From positions 256,001 to 320,000 of the forward strand of contig CAVYGN010000002.1 in NCBI GenBank assembly GCA_963768055.1: a DNA stretch of 64,000 bases, in the 5' to 3' direction. This DNA is from an uncultured Spirochaetota bacterium (GTDB lineage: Bacteria; Spirochaetota; Brevinematia; Brevinematales; JAOACQ01). Shown here piece by piece: positions 38,282 through 47,454 of the stretch (position 1 is its first letter; the number at the start of each line of letters is the position of its first letter). Below the pieces are notes generated by a model that made no database searches, was not told where the DNA came from, and saw nothing but the letters and a program-made list of their open reading frames with translations. The position numbers were made by a program, and so were the translations under genes.

Positions 38282-39582
38282 AAAATTCCCTCCAGGCAGG
38301 CTGCGTAGCCTTCCATTTCAGCCCTGGTCCTCATTTCAGTAACCGCTACCAGCAGCATTTTTTCCATCCCGGTATACAACCTTCCGAGAGGGAAACCGGC
38401 TAAAAACCCCTTTGTTCTCATCTCTTTTTCAATTTCTTCCGCGCTCACTGGCAGTTCGATTGTAAACTCGTTAAATGTAGGATATCTATTGTATATGCGG
38501 ACATTTTTAATCCTTCCGGCGAGATTTTTAAGAAATTCCGCCTTCCTGTAATTCAGGACGGCAAGTTCTCTGAATCCCTCCTTCCCCAGGAGCGAAAGGT
38601 ATATAACAGCTCGAAGGGCGCATAGGCTCTGGTTTGAGCAGATATTCGATGTGGCTTTATGACGCCTTATATGCTGCTCCCTTGCCTGAAGGGTCAAAAC
38701 AAACCCCCTTTTACCGTTCCTGTCGGCAGTCTCGCCCACTATCCTTCCGGGCAGATTTCTAATAAGTTCTTTTTTCGACGTTATAAACCCGAAAGAAGGG
38801 CCCCCGAAGCTTAAGGGTATGCCGAGGCTCTGTCCGTCCCCCGCGGCTATGTCTGCACCCATCTCCGACGGTTTTTTCAACATCCCAAGCGACACCGGAT
38901 ATACGGACATTATTAAAAGGGACCCGCTTTCATGTACCTTGCGGGCCAATTCAGCAAAGTCTTTTACGTTCCCGAAAAAGTCCGGGTTTTGAACGATAAC
39001 CGCGGCGGCACCGGAACCGGGGCCGCTGACATCCAATGTGAATTCATCCAATTCGATCGAACGGTTTGAAAGATAGGTCTTTAACACCTGCCTGTAAAAC
39101 GGGTTTACGCCGGAATCGACACAGATGAGCGGCCTTCCCGTGACCCTGACAGCCATAAGCGAAGCTTCGGCAAGGGCGCTCGCCCCGTCGTAAAGCGAGG
39201 CGTTGGAGACTGCCATGCCCGTAATAGCGCACATCGCCGTCTGGTATTCGTAAAGGGCCTGGAGAGTACCCTGGGAGCATTCGGGCTGATAGGGTGTATA
39301 GGCGGTATAAAATTCGGACCTCCCCGCAAGTAAGTCCACTGCAGCAGGTACATAATGATCGTAAGTCCCGCCGCCTAAAAAAGAAAGGTGATCCGAAATA
39401 TTCCGTTCGGAATACTCCCGCAATAAACTTATTACCTCTAACTCGGATCTTGCCCCCGGGATATCGAATTTCTTCGTCCTGAGGCTGTCCGGTATGGATG
39501 AAAACAGCTCTTCTATCGAATTTACGCCAATGTCAAGAAGCATGCCTAAGCTTTCCGGACCGGTATTCGGACTGTAATTCAT
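38278..39582 (-). CDS. gcvPA: Glycine dehydrogenase subunit 1
   Basis: TAYTPYQPE.SQG.LQ, NASLYDGA, REQHIRR.KATSNICSNQ. Confidence 0.95.
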   Translation of the reverse strand: MNYSPNTGPESLGMLLDIGVNSIEELFSSIPDSLRTKKFDIPGARSELEVISLLREYSERNISDHLSFLGGGTYDHYVPAAVDLLAGRSEFYTAYTPYQPECSQGTLQALYEYQTAMCAITGMAVSNASLYDGASALAEASLMAVRVTGRPLICVDSGVNPFYRQVLKTYLSNRSIELDEFTLDVSGPGSGAAAVIVQNPDFFGNVKDFAELARKVHESGSLLIMSVYPVSLGMLKKPSEMGADIAAGDGQSLGIPLSFGGPSFGFITSKKELIRNLPGRIVGETADRNGKRGFVLTLQAREQHIRRHKATSNICSNQSLCALRAVIYLSLLGKEGFRELAVLNYRKAEFLKNLAGRIKNVRIYNRYPTFNEFTIELPVSAEEIEKEMRTKGFLAGFPLGRLYTGMEKMLLVAVTEMRTRAEMEGYAACLEGIL

Positions 39583-39953
39583 ATTAATCCTTTGATGTAC
39601 TCATCATAGGCCTTCCTGTCCATCAAGGCCGTCTTTTCAGCAGGTTCTGATAGCTCAATTACCGCGATCCAGCCCTCTTCCTCGGGGCTGCGGTTTACAA
39701 GCTCCGGGTTTTCTCCGAGGATTTCGTTCTCGCTTTTTACAACACCCGACATAGGTGCGAAGATATCGCTCGCGGCTTTTACCGATTCGATAGAGCAAAG
39801 TACGTCCCCGAGTTTCACCGTCTTCCCTGTTTTTGGAAGCTCCACAAAGGTAATGTCGCCGAGCTGATTCGCGGCGTATGCAGTAATTCCGACAGTCCCG
39901 CTGATGCCCTCGATCCTTACCCATTCGTGGTCCTTAGTGTAATAGACGTTCAT
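39579..39953 (-). CDS. gcvH: Glycine cleavage system H protein
   Basis: YTKDHEW, LGDITFVELP, ESVKAASD lipoyl-Lys motif. Confidence 0.95.
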   Translation of the reverse strand: MNVYYTKDHEWVRIEGISGTVGITAYAANQLGDITFVELPKTGKTVKLGDVLCSIESVKAASDIFAPMSGVVKSENEILGENPELVNRSPEEEGWIAVIELSEPAEKTALMDRKAYDEYIKGLI

Positions 39954-39964
39954 CCGGCCCTCCA

Positions 39965-41059
39965 TTATTTTCTCAAGCTGCCGTTTTTATAGAACGGCAA
40001 TTCGCATATTAGCGCCTCGATTTCTACACTGTCATGCTTTAAAAGCAGTTTTTCGCCTATTTTAGAATACTCAGGCCTCACATAGCCGAGCCCGATCCCG
40101 CATGAAAGCATGGGTGAAAAAACGCCGCTTGTAACATTACCGATCCAGGCCCCTCCTGAGGTTATGTCGTAACCCGGGCGCGGCGTACGCCGGCTATTTG
40201 TTATAAAAGCGATCTTCCTCTTCTCCACGCCGGTTTCCTTTCGCTTCGCCAGGGCCGTTTTGCCGGTAAAATCCTTCGAATAATCGACATAAGATTCCAG
40301 CCCGGCTTCTATCGGGTCGGTCCATTCCCCCAGGTCATGCCCGTAAAGGCTGTAGCCGACTTCGAGGCGAAGTATATCGCGCGCGCCCAGGCCCGCCGGT
40401 TTTACTCGCGGGTCCCCGAGAAGTTTTTCCCACAATTCCAATACCCTTCCGCTGTCGATATAAATCTCGTAACCCAGCTCTCCGGTGTAGCCTGTCCTGC
40501 TGATAAGGGTATTTATACCGCCCATGAGGGTGAATTTTTGAAAAGAGTAGTATTTTAAATGCTCTATACCGCTTCCGGCGACTTCTTTAAGCACATCCCT
40601 GGATAGCGGGCCCTGGAGATCGAGCTTGGCGGTATGGATTGAAATATCTTTAAAGACAGCGGAGGAATTAACAAAGGTTCTCATATTTTCAAAATCGCGG
40701 TCCTTCGTTTCCGCGTTTACTACGATCATAAGCTTTTCCCCGGACAGCCTGTAAATTATAAGGTCGTCGAGTATGCCGCCGGTTTCAGAGAGCATAAGGC
40801 CGTACTTGCAGCGCCCCTCCGGGATCTTAGATACCCTGAAGGTCACGGCTTCTTCGATGCCGCTTTTTTCAATGTCTCCCTCTAAATAAAACTCACCCAT
40901 ATGGCAGATGTCGAAAAGAGCCGCGGATTCCCGGCAAGTCTTATGTTCCGATAGGATGCCTTCGTACCGGATGGGCATTTCCCAGCCCCCGAATCCGGCC
41001 ATCCCGGCTTTAAGGCGTAAATGTTCGTTATAGAGTGGAGTTCTTAAAAGGTCCTGCAT
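39965..41059 (-). CDS. gcvT: Aminomethyltransferase (glycine cleavage T protein)
   Basis: FGGWEMP, FDICHMGE, SRTGYTGELGYE, GLGARDILRLE. Confidence 0.95.
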   Translation of the reverse strand: MQDLLRTPLYNEHLRLKAGMAGFGGWEMPIRYEGILSEHKTCRESAALFDICHMGEFYLEGDIEKSGIEEAVTFRVSKIPEGRCKYGLMLSETGGILDDLIIYRLSGEKLMIVVNAETKDRDFENMRTFVNSSAVFKDISIHTAKLDLQGPLSRDVLKEVAGSGIEHLKYYSFQKFTLMGGINTLISRTGYTGELGYEIYIDSGRVLELWEKLLGDPRVKPAGLGARDILRLEVGYSLYGHDLGEWTDPIEAGLESYVDYSKDFTGKTALAKRKETGVEKRKIAFITNSRRTPRPGYDITSGGAWIGNVTSGVFSPMLSCGIGLGYVRPEYSKIGEKLLLKHDSVEIEALICELPFYKNGSLRK

Positions 41060-41137
41060 ATTCCGTCCTTTTTGATCGGAATATTTTAACACCAAGCGCC
41101 GCTTTTCACAAGGGATTGGATAATAGATGAGGATGAT

Positions 41138-41166
41138 TTGACAAACATTATATACGGAAATAAAAT
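41138..41166 (+). promoter_or_regulatory. sigma70-like promoter
   Basis: TTGACA-N17-TAAAAT; resembles the promoter of the paralog at 3539. Confidence 0.55.
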
Positions 41167-41196
41167 AAGCGATAATTTTTTACCGGGGAAACTAAA

Positions 41197-42537
41197 ATGA
41201 TTAAAAAGATTTCGGCTTACTTGCTGATTTCATTCGGTTTTGCCGGCCTGGCCTGGCCGCAGCAGCTCGAGATGAAATCGGCGACCGTGGCGGGATTCAT
41301 AAACAGGGGAAAATCCAGCCAGGACAATATCAACATACTTATGACAAAGTCATTGTCAACCTTTCTTTCAAAGATATCGAAAAATATCACCCCGTACAAG
41401 GACGTGGAGGAAATAGCCGGGGGTACTAATTTCTGGGGCCAAAAGGCGCTGGACGGCAGCCGGGCGATAAATATCGCGCAGCATTTTTCAACAGAGCAGG
41501 TGATCACCGGGGATTACCTCGTCAATGACAAAAACAGCACAATTGTTATCGACGTCCTGGTTTACAATGTCATTAACGGCCAGGTACTGTTTAAAAGAAA
41601 TTACAAGGGCAATGCGGGCCCCGAGATTTTCGATACGGTCGATAAAATGATACTCGACGTATCGGGTCTTCTTGTCGGGAAGACTATTTCGCTCGGATAT
41701 TTCAAGCTCGATATAAAGCCTGAGAATGTGAAGTACAGATTGTTTGTTAATAATTCGTTCATAAAACTTGTGGACAGCAGGAACGGATACTTCGACAGGT
41801 TTATATCCGGGCAATCGATCGATATAAGCTTAAAGCCCGAGAAATCAGACGAGGAAACACTGAGGAAAATAATCGAGATCAAAAGCGGGACCAATGAGCT
41901 TGAGTTCAACCCATCCGGCGTCTTGATACTTGAAACGATGAAAGAGGGTGTTGATGTTTACCTGAACGGGATAAAAACAGGGAAAACCGACAGTTCGGGT
42001 GAATTGAAAATCCCGAATATTGGAGCCGGTAAAGAGAATGCAATATCATTGAAAAAAGGCGATACCATGTTATCGGAAACAAATATAAGCATCAAAGAAG
42101 GAGATACTAAAGTAATCGTTTTTAAAACCCCGGCGTTTCAGACAGATGAAAATAAGCAAATTGAAGAAATTGTGGTTTATGGAGATATTGAATTAGGAAC
42201 AAAATATATTGCCGGGACGACTGGTGTTTATAAATTTGAAATTAATAGAGGGGCTTATAAAGCAGGCCCTAATGCCTTCTATAAAACCAGTATAGTTGTC
42301 TATACAAACCGGAATATTATGTGGGGCGGGGGTGGAGGCGGCCCGATATCTTTTGATTACCAGCTGGGCAACGGCGAAGAAACAAGTTATGAAAAAGCCG
42401 AAAAAAAAGGAAAGGGCCAATTTATTACCGTTAATATGCAGAAGGACGATTTTATAATCTTTGTTGCTATTGACGGTAAAGGCGGTTTCGGAGATAACGA
42501 AGGCCGCGTTTATTTATCCGTTACCCGGGAAAAATAG
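41197..42537 (+). CDS. Secreted protein, paralog of 3580..4920, with LecA/PA-IL-like C-terminus
   Basis: Shared ATVAGFINRGKSS, FSTEQVITGDYLVND, FISGQSIDISLKPEKSD; ends FVAIDGKGGFGDNEGRVYLSV. Confidence 0.6.
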   Translation: MIKKISAYLLISFGFAGLAWPQQLEMKSATVAGFINRGKSSQDNINILMTKSLSTFLSKISKNITPYKDVEEIAGGTNFWGQKALDGSRAINIAQHFSTEQVITGDYLVNDKNSTIVIDVLVYNVINGQVLFKRNYKGNAGPEIFDTVDKMILDVSGLLVGKTISLGYFKLDIKPENVKYRLFVNNSFIKLVDSRNGYFDRFISGQSIDISLKPEKSDEETLRKIIEIKSGTNELEFNPSGVLILETMKEGVDVYLNGIKTGKTDSSGELKIPNIGAGKENAISLKKGDTMLSETNISIKEGDTKVIVFKTPAFQTDENKQIEEIVVYGDIELGTKYIAGTTGVYKFEINRGAYKAGPNAFYKTSIVVYTNRNIMWGGGGGGPISFDYQLGNGEETSYEKAEKKGKGQFITVNMQKDDFIIFVAIDGKGGFGDNEGRVYLSVTREK

Positions 42538-42540
42538 GAT

Positions 42541-44366
42541 TTATGGTTTTTCAAACTCTAAAATAATTTTTGTACCACAGGCACGAGTACCACAGGCACG
42601 AGTACCACAGGCACGACCTTCGGCCCTTCGGGCAGAACTACCTTTCCCCCTTACTATTCTGATGGTTCCGTTAATTTGTTTTACAAGTTCGCGCACCAGT
42701 TGAAGGCCGAAACTGTTTTTATTTTCAAAACCAACCGATCCCGGCATACCGATGCCGTTATCGGCAACCGTAATAGAAACAGTATTTTCACGCTGTTTAA
42801 CCGATACTTCAATTAATCCGTTATCCATTCCAGTAAACGCATACTTCATAATATTCGTTAGAAGCTCATTGATTATTATCCCTAACGGTTGTAATATTTT
42901 TGTATCGAGTACGAAATCATCTATATTTTTCATAAGTCTGACCGATTTGCTATTCGGAAAGTTTGCGATGACTTCATCCACCAGGTTCGAAAGATAATTC
43001 ATAACCGGGATATTATCTACACCCGTAAACTGGTATAGTTTATTATATAAAATCATCATATTTTTTACACGGTTTCCGGCGTCTTTAAGAGCATCTATAG
43101 CCGAAGGATCTTTCAGGGTCCCCGCCTGGAGCATGAGAAGCTTGCAATGGTATTCATATTGTTCTTTATGCGATGATGAACTTCTTGAAGAATAAGCTCT
43201 TTTTCTTCAAGAAGTTTTTTAATTTTTCCTTCGGATTGCTTATGTTCGGTATTATCGGCGATAATTGACATCCGGCCGTTCAAATTCCCGGCAGCGTCAT
43301 AAACAGGCGCTGAAGCGATGCTCACATCTACTAACGAACCATCCTTGCGCTGACGGACAGCCTCCAGGTTGACCACCGCTTTGCCGCTCAAGACCTTGGC
43401 GCTCAGGTTGGCGTATTCCTTTTGCTTACTTTCCGGTACAATCGGATTGGGGCGGCCGATAATTTCCCGGAATGTCCAGCCGAATATTTTTTCCGCCGCA
43501 GGGTTCCATAATTGAACTTTCCCATCGAGATCAAGCAGACTGATCCCGAGCGGTGAAAAATGAACCAGGGTTTCAAGTTTAGTGGTAAGAGAGCGGAGAT
43601 TCTCTTCAGTCTGTTTGCGTTCTGTAATATCATTGGAATATCCTGTCGTACCTATTACAGCCCCATTTTTATCGATAATCGGGGTTTTATAAGTCTCGAA
43701 CCATCTGATATTACCCTGGTCGGCAATCTGTTCTTCAACCATGTATGGTTTCCCGGATTTTATAACCTTTTTATCGACCTCGACGTATCCCTGGGCAAGG
43801 TTATGCGGCCAAATATCAAAATCGGATTTCCCTACAAGGAGTTCCGGATCATTGAAATTGCAGGAAATTGCGAATTTTTTATTGACTGACAGAAACCTGC
43901 TGTCAAGATCTTTAAGCCACAGCAGCCCGGGCTGGTTTTCAATGATTGCGGACAGGTAAGATTCCCGAAGGCGCAAAGCCTCATAGGCTTCAAAAAGTTT
44001 AAAAGCCATTTTTATTGTTGCATCCAAAACCGTGATGCCTGAATTCTTTGCAATAAATCCGTATGAAGTGATCTTTTCTGTTTTCTCGACGATTTCAACT
44101 TCGGTATGATTCGACAAAAAAATTATGGGAATGTTGCGTTCTTTTAAAATCAAAATAGCAGTATCTGTGCCGTCAATACCCGGGCCCAGGTCTATATCCA
44201 TAAGAACCATATCGATATCATGCCTGTTCCCGAATATTTTAATCGCTTCTTCCCCGGCTTTTGCTATGATTATATTATAGCCGTATTTCTCGAGGGCCAT
44301 TTTCTCCTGCATGGCTATGATTACTTCATCTTCGACAAGCAGAATGGTTTTCTGAATTTTATTCAT
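42541..44366 (-). pseudogene. REC-PAS-PAS-HisKA_2 histidine kinase, frameshifted near 43141 (or sequence error)
   Basis: ILLVEDE/LMDIDL receiver, two PAS, EVHHRIKNNMNTIAS then frame change to MLQAG...NELLTNIMKYAF...DNGIG. Confidence 0.8.
42573..42642. repeat. 66-bp in-frame insertion: three 15-bp tandem repeats plus GCCC-TTCG-GGC hairpin, flanked by TACC duplication
   Basis: (GTACCACAGGCACGA)x3 at 42572-42616; removing 66 bp restores VRGKGTKIILEF. Confidence 0.85.
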
Positions 44367-44483
44367 TCCATCTTTCCTTGATGAATAATAGTATTATATT
44401 AGTTAATTAATGTCAATACCTGAATTTAAAATGAAAGGACCCGTGTCTTTGCAGGGTGGTGCCCGGATATTTTAAAAGTTTTT

Positions 44484-44594
44484 GGGCACTTCTAATAACC
44501 GCCTTTTTAAGGCGGATAGGTAGTGCCCATTGGGCGGATTATAAATAATTAGAATACTAATTGTTAACAACATTGGTAATTATTGGAACCGCCC
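44484..44594. mobile_element. MITE-like element, family B
   Basis: Ends GGGCACTTCTAATAA / TTATTGGAACCGCCC; internal CCGCCTT..AAGGCGG hairpin; homolog at 53503-53653. Confidence 0.7.
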
Positions 44595-44600
44595 TTTATT

Positions 44601-44714
44601 CTATTCTTTTTTTGCCGGCTGTTTGTCCAATTTCTTTTTTGTTTCCTGCTTCAATTTGTCATCATGCTGCTTTTGCTGTTTTTCCTTGTTCTTCTTACCC
44701 TTCTTATCGCCCAT
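44601..44714 (-). CDS. Small Lys/Gln-rich protein (37 aa)
   Basis: GGGAGG RBS then MGDKKGKKNKEKQQKQHDDKLKQETKKKLDKQPAKKE*; below the ORF-track cutoff. Confidence 0.6.
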   Translation of the reverse strand: MGDKKGKKNKEKQQKQHDDKLKQETKKKLDKQPAKKE

Positions 44715-44931
44715 TAATAACCTCCCCGGTATATTTATATCCACCAGCATTGCATATTAAAAAATAAAAGGGAAACCCTTCGTTTTAAAATACCCTCTAT
44801 ATAGAAGGCTTTTACATAGGACTGCTAATTATCGGATATAGTATTATATTAGATAAGTAATATCATCGTGTAAAGTAAAATGAGAGGATTTTTCTAACAT
44901 TTACTTATTTTCATTAGAATCGATTCGGCCC

Positions 44932-45780
44932 CTACGCCAGTCCCCTTCCGACCTGGTTGACCGCCCTCGAAAGGGTTTCGTCGGCGGTCTGGATAACCTT
45001 TTGATTGGCTTCATAAAGGCGGTTGATCTCGATCATTCTGGTCATCTCGACAACGGGGTCTACGTTGGATTTCTCTATGAATCCCTGGTGGACCTGGGGC
45101 CTCGAATTGCCGTCGATTATCGCCGCCTTGCCTGAAAAATCGCTTTCCTTGTACATGGTGTAGCCGTCTTTTTGAAGGTAGCGCCTTTCGGGAAAATCTA
45201 CGATTTTAAGCCTGTCGATCTTCGTCATATTCTTCCATTCGTTGCCCGTTTTATCCACAAAATCCCCCGGTTTATAATCCAGGTTTTCATAAACGTTACC
45301 GTCTTTATCTATCTGAAAGTTGTTCCTTTCAAGCAGGATGTTCCCATTTTCCCCCATGAGTTTATTCCCATGTATATCCGTAAGATAACCTTCGTTGTCA
45401 ATTTTGAAATTCCCGTTCCTGGTATACCTTTCGCCCTCATCAGTCATGACCGTGAAAAAGCCCTCTCCGTCAAGAGCCAGGTCGAAATCGTTGGAGGTTT
45501 CCATGAGGCTTCCCTGTTCGAACCTTATATACGATTCGTTGAATTCGACACCGGTCCCAAGCTTGCCTACTACAGGGGCAAGATCGTAACTCCCCAGGGG
45601 GAACCTGACCTGCCCGTCGTCATTCTCCCTGCGTATCAGCATCTCGGGAAAAGACTTTGTTACAGTGGTCTCTTTTTTATAACCGTCCGTATTTACATTA
45701 GCCAGGTTGTTGGCGACGGTGTTCAACTCTTCCATCGTTACCATCATTCCGCTTGCGCCTGTAAAAATACTTCTGACCAT
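44932..45780 (-). CDS. flgF: Flagellar basal-body rod protein (FlgF/FlgG family)
   Basis: ASGM...ANNLANVNTDGYK, DLALDGEGFF, YTRNGNF, EKSNVDPVVEM..MI...R.YEANQK. Confidence 0.8.
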   Translation of the reverse strand: MVRSIFTGASGMMVTMEELNTVANNLANVNTDGYKKETTVTKSFPEMLIRRENDDGQVRFPLGSYDLAPVVGKLGTGVEFNESYIRFEQGSLMETSNDFDLALDGEGFFTVMTDEGERYTRNGNFKIDNEGYLTDIHGNKLMGENGNILLERNNFQIDKDGNVYENLDYKPGDFVDKTGNEWKNMTKIDRLKIVDFPERRYLQKDGYTMYKESDFSGKAAIIDGNSRPQVHQGFIEKSNVDPVVEMTRMIEINRLYEANQKVIQTADETLSRAVNQVGRGLA

Positions 45781-45805
45781 AAATACCTCCGAAACCTTAT
45801 TCAAA

Positions 45806-45832
45806 ATATCGGCCTAATAAAATAAATATTGA
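45806..45832 (-). promoter_or_regulatory. sigma28 (FliA)-type promoter
   Basis: TCAA-N15-GCCGATAT upstream of the rod gene. Confidence 0.7.
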
Positions 45833-45845
45833 GCGGTAACGGAAA

Positions 45846-45877
45846 TTTACAGGGAGACGCAGAGGCACGGAGAGGTT
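45846..45877 (+). repeat. Orphan left arm of the GxxExxY cassette-2 repeat family
   Basis: TTTACAGGGAGACGCAGAGGCACGGAGAG versus TTTACACAGAGGCACAGAGGAACGGAGAG at 48801. Confidence 0.7.
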
Positions 45878-45978
45878 CATCATACCGGGATTGCCAACAT
45901 ATATCATTATTTGTTAGTAACCGCTGTTATTGTTATATTATATTCCTACTCGTAAAATTAATCCTTAAAAGGTGAATT

Positions 45979-46840
45979 ATGACAAAAAATGACCTCGCAT
46001 CGATCCCCGAAAAAAAGGCAAGGGAATGGTCGCTTGTCCTTTCAGCCATGAATATACCGCATGGCCGTGAACTACAAGGGGATGATTCGTCTGTAATTGT
46101 TCCTGAAACATCCCTTGAAGAATCATTAAAACAGATAGACCTATACGAACAGGAGAATAAAGTCGAAACCATAAAAGAATTTCCGCATACCTCGCCCCTG
46201 GCGTCGGTTCTCTCAGTATTCCTCACCCTTTTCATTTTCCAGACATTTCTCTACCGGACAGGTTCTTATGATGACTGGCTTAAGGCGGGAAATTCATCGA
46301 ACCTGGATATCAGGAACGGCGCATTCTGGAGAATTTTTACAGCAATGACGCTTCATGCCCGGCATGGCCCATTTCCTTTCAAACGCATTCATGGGCAGTG
46401 TTGTTTTTTACAGCCTTTTTTCCATAACCGGCTCCGGGATAGGCCTCTTCCTTGCAATAATGGCAGGTGCCGCCGGTAATCTGGCCACCGCTTTAATTTT
46501 ACCTTTGGAATACCACAGTATCGGGGCTTCCGGTTCGATATTCGGCGCTTTCGGCATCCTCGCCGCTTACAGGATCATCAGGAGTCCGGCACGGATCACA
46601 AAACCGGACTGGAAACCCGCCGCCGCCGCTCTGGCATTCCTGGGTTTCCTCGGCACAGCGGCAGGTTCCGACTTTTATGGGCATTTTTTTTCTCTTCTGG
46701 CCGGATTTTTGATAGGTTTTTCCGCGGCAGCGCTATCCCCGAAAGAGAAACTGCCGCCCGCGGGTTTACGGGCAGTATTCGCTATGCTGTCAATCATCGT
46801 AATAATTATTTCATGGTACATGGCCATGGATCGATTTTAA
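45979..46840 (+). pseudogene. Rhomboid intramembrane serine protease, +1 frameshift near 46360 (or sequence error)
   Basis: WRIFTAMTLHA then frame change to GMAHFLSN; GASG catalytic Ser motif; GHFF catalytic His. Confidence 0.8.
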
Positions 46841-46884
46841 TTAAAGGGCGGCCCTGCCGATCATTATATTATAGACAAAAAATC

Positions 46885-47407
46885 GAAACCACTGATTTCA
46901 CAGATGACACTGATTTTAATTTTTGAAGAATCAGTGTAATCGTTTTTTAATTATGAATATGAATAAATTAACTAATAATGATCCACGGACATATGAAATT
47001 ATTGGAGCGGCAATTAATGTCCATAAAGAAATGGGTTCGGGTTTTCTAGAAGCTATATATCAGGAATGTCTTGAAATTGAATTTAGGCTGAAGAAAATAC
47101 CATACGAATCACAACCATTGCTTAAGGTTTTCTATAAAGGTGAAGAATTGAAGAAGTATTACATACCTGATTTTATTATTTATGAACAAATAATTTTAGA
47201 AATAAAAGCAGAACGATACTTAACGAGAGTGGATGAAGCTCAAATCATAAACAGTCTAAAGAATTCTGGAAAGAAGGTAGGTTTACTTATTAACTTTGGA
47301 GAAAGTTCATTAAAATTTAAGCGGTTTGTTTATTAATATAGCTTTAATTATAATTTTGTACTGATTTCACAGAAATTATCAATGAAATCAGTGAAATCTG
47401 TGGTTTC
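46885..47407 (+). mobile_element. GxxExxY cassette 1: gene bracketed by 9-bp-periodic inverted repeats
   Basis: Left arm 46885-46914 matches the reverse complement of 47378-47407 at 25/30 positions. Confidence 0.6.
46953..47336 (+). CDS. GxxExxY protein (PD-(D/E)xK-type nuclease fold)
   Basis: IIGAAINVH..MGSGFLEAIY, PDF....IILEIK, AQIINSLK, GLLINFG. Confidence 0.92.
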   Translation: MNMNKLTNNDPRTYEIIGAAINVHKEMGSGFLEAIYQECLEIEFRLKKIPYESQPLLKVFYKGEELKKYYIPDFIIYEQIILEIKAERYLTRVDEAQIINSLKNSGKKVGLLINFGESSLKFKRFVY

Positions 47408-47454
47408 AACAGTTGATGATACAAAATATTTTTTCATTTGGATAAAATATTTTT

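Noticed and set aside
41060..41196. Glycine riboswitch upstream of gcvT
   Set aside because: The intergenic region is short, holds a divergent promoter and shows no recognisable aptamer motifs.
3580..42537. Diversity-generating retroelement explanation for the paralog tips
   Set aside because: No reverse transcriptase or template repeat in the window; differences include indels and are not confined to adenines.
42572..42616. CRISPR array
   Set aside because: 15-bp repeats are directly adjacent with no spacers, and no cas genes are present.
45172..45825. Long antisense ORFs (this 217-aa ORF, 28107..28688, 12049..12603 and similar)
   Set aside because: They lie opposite well-supported genes and have no recognisable motifs; treated as shadow frames.
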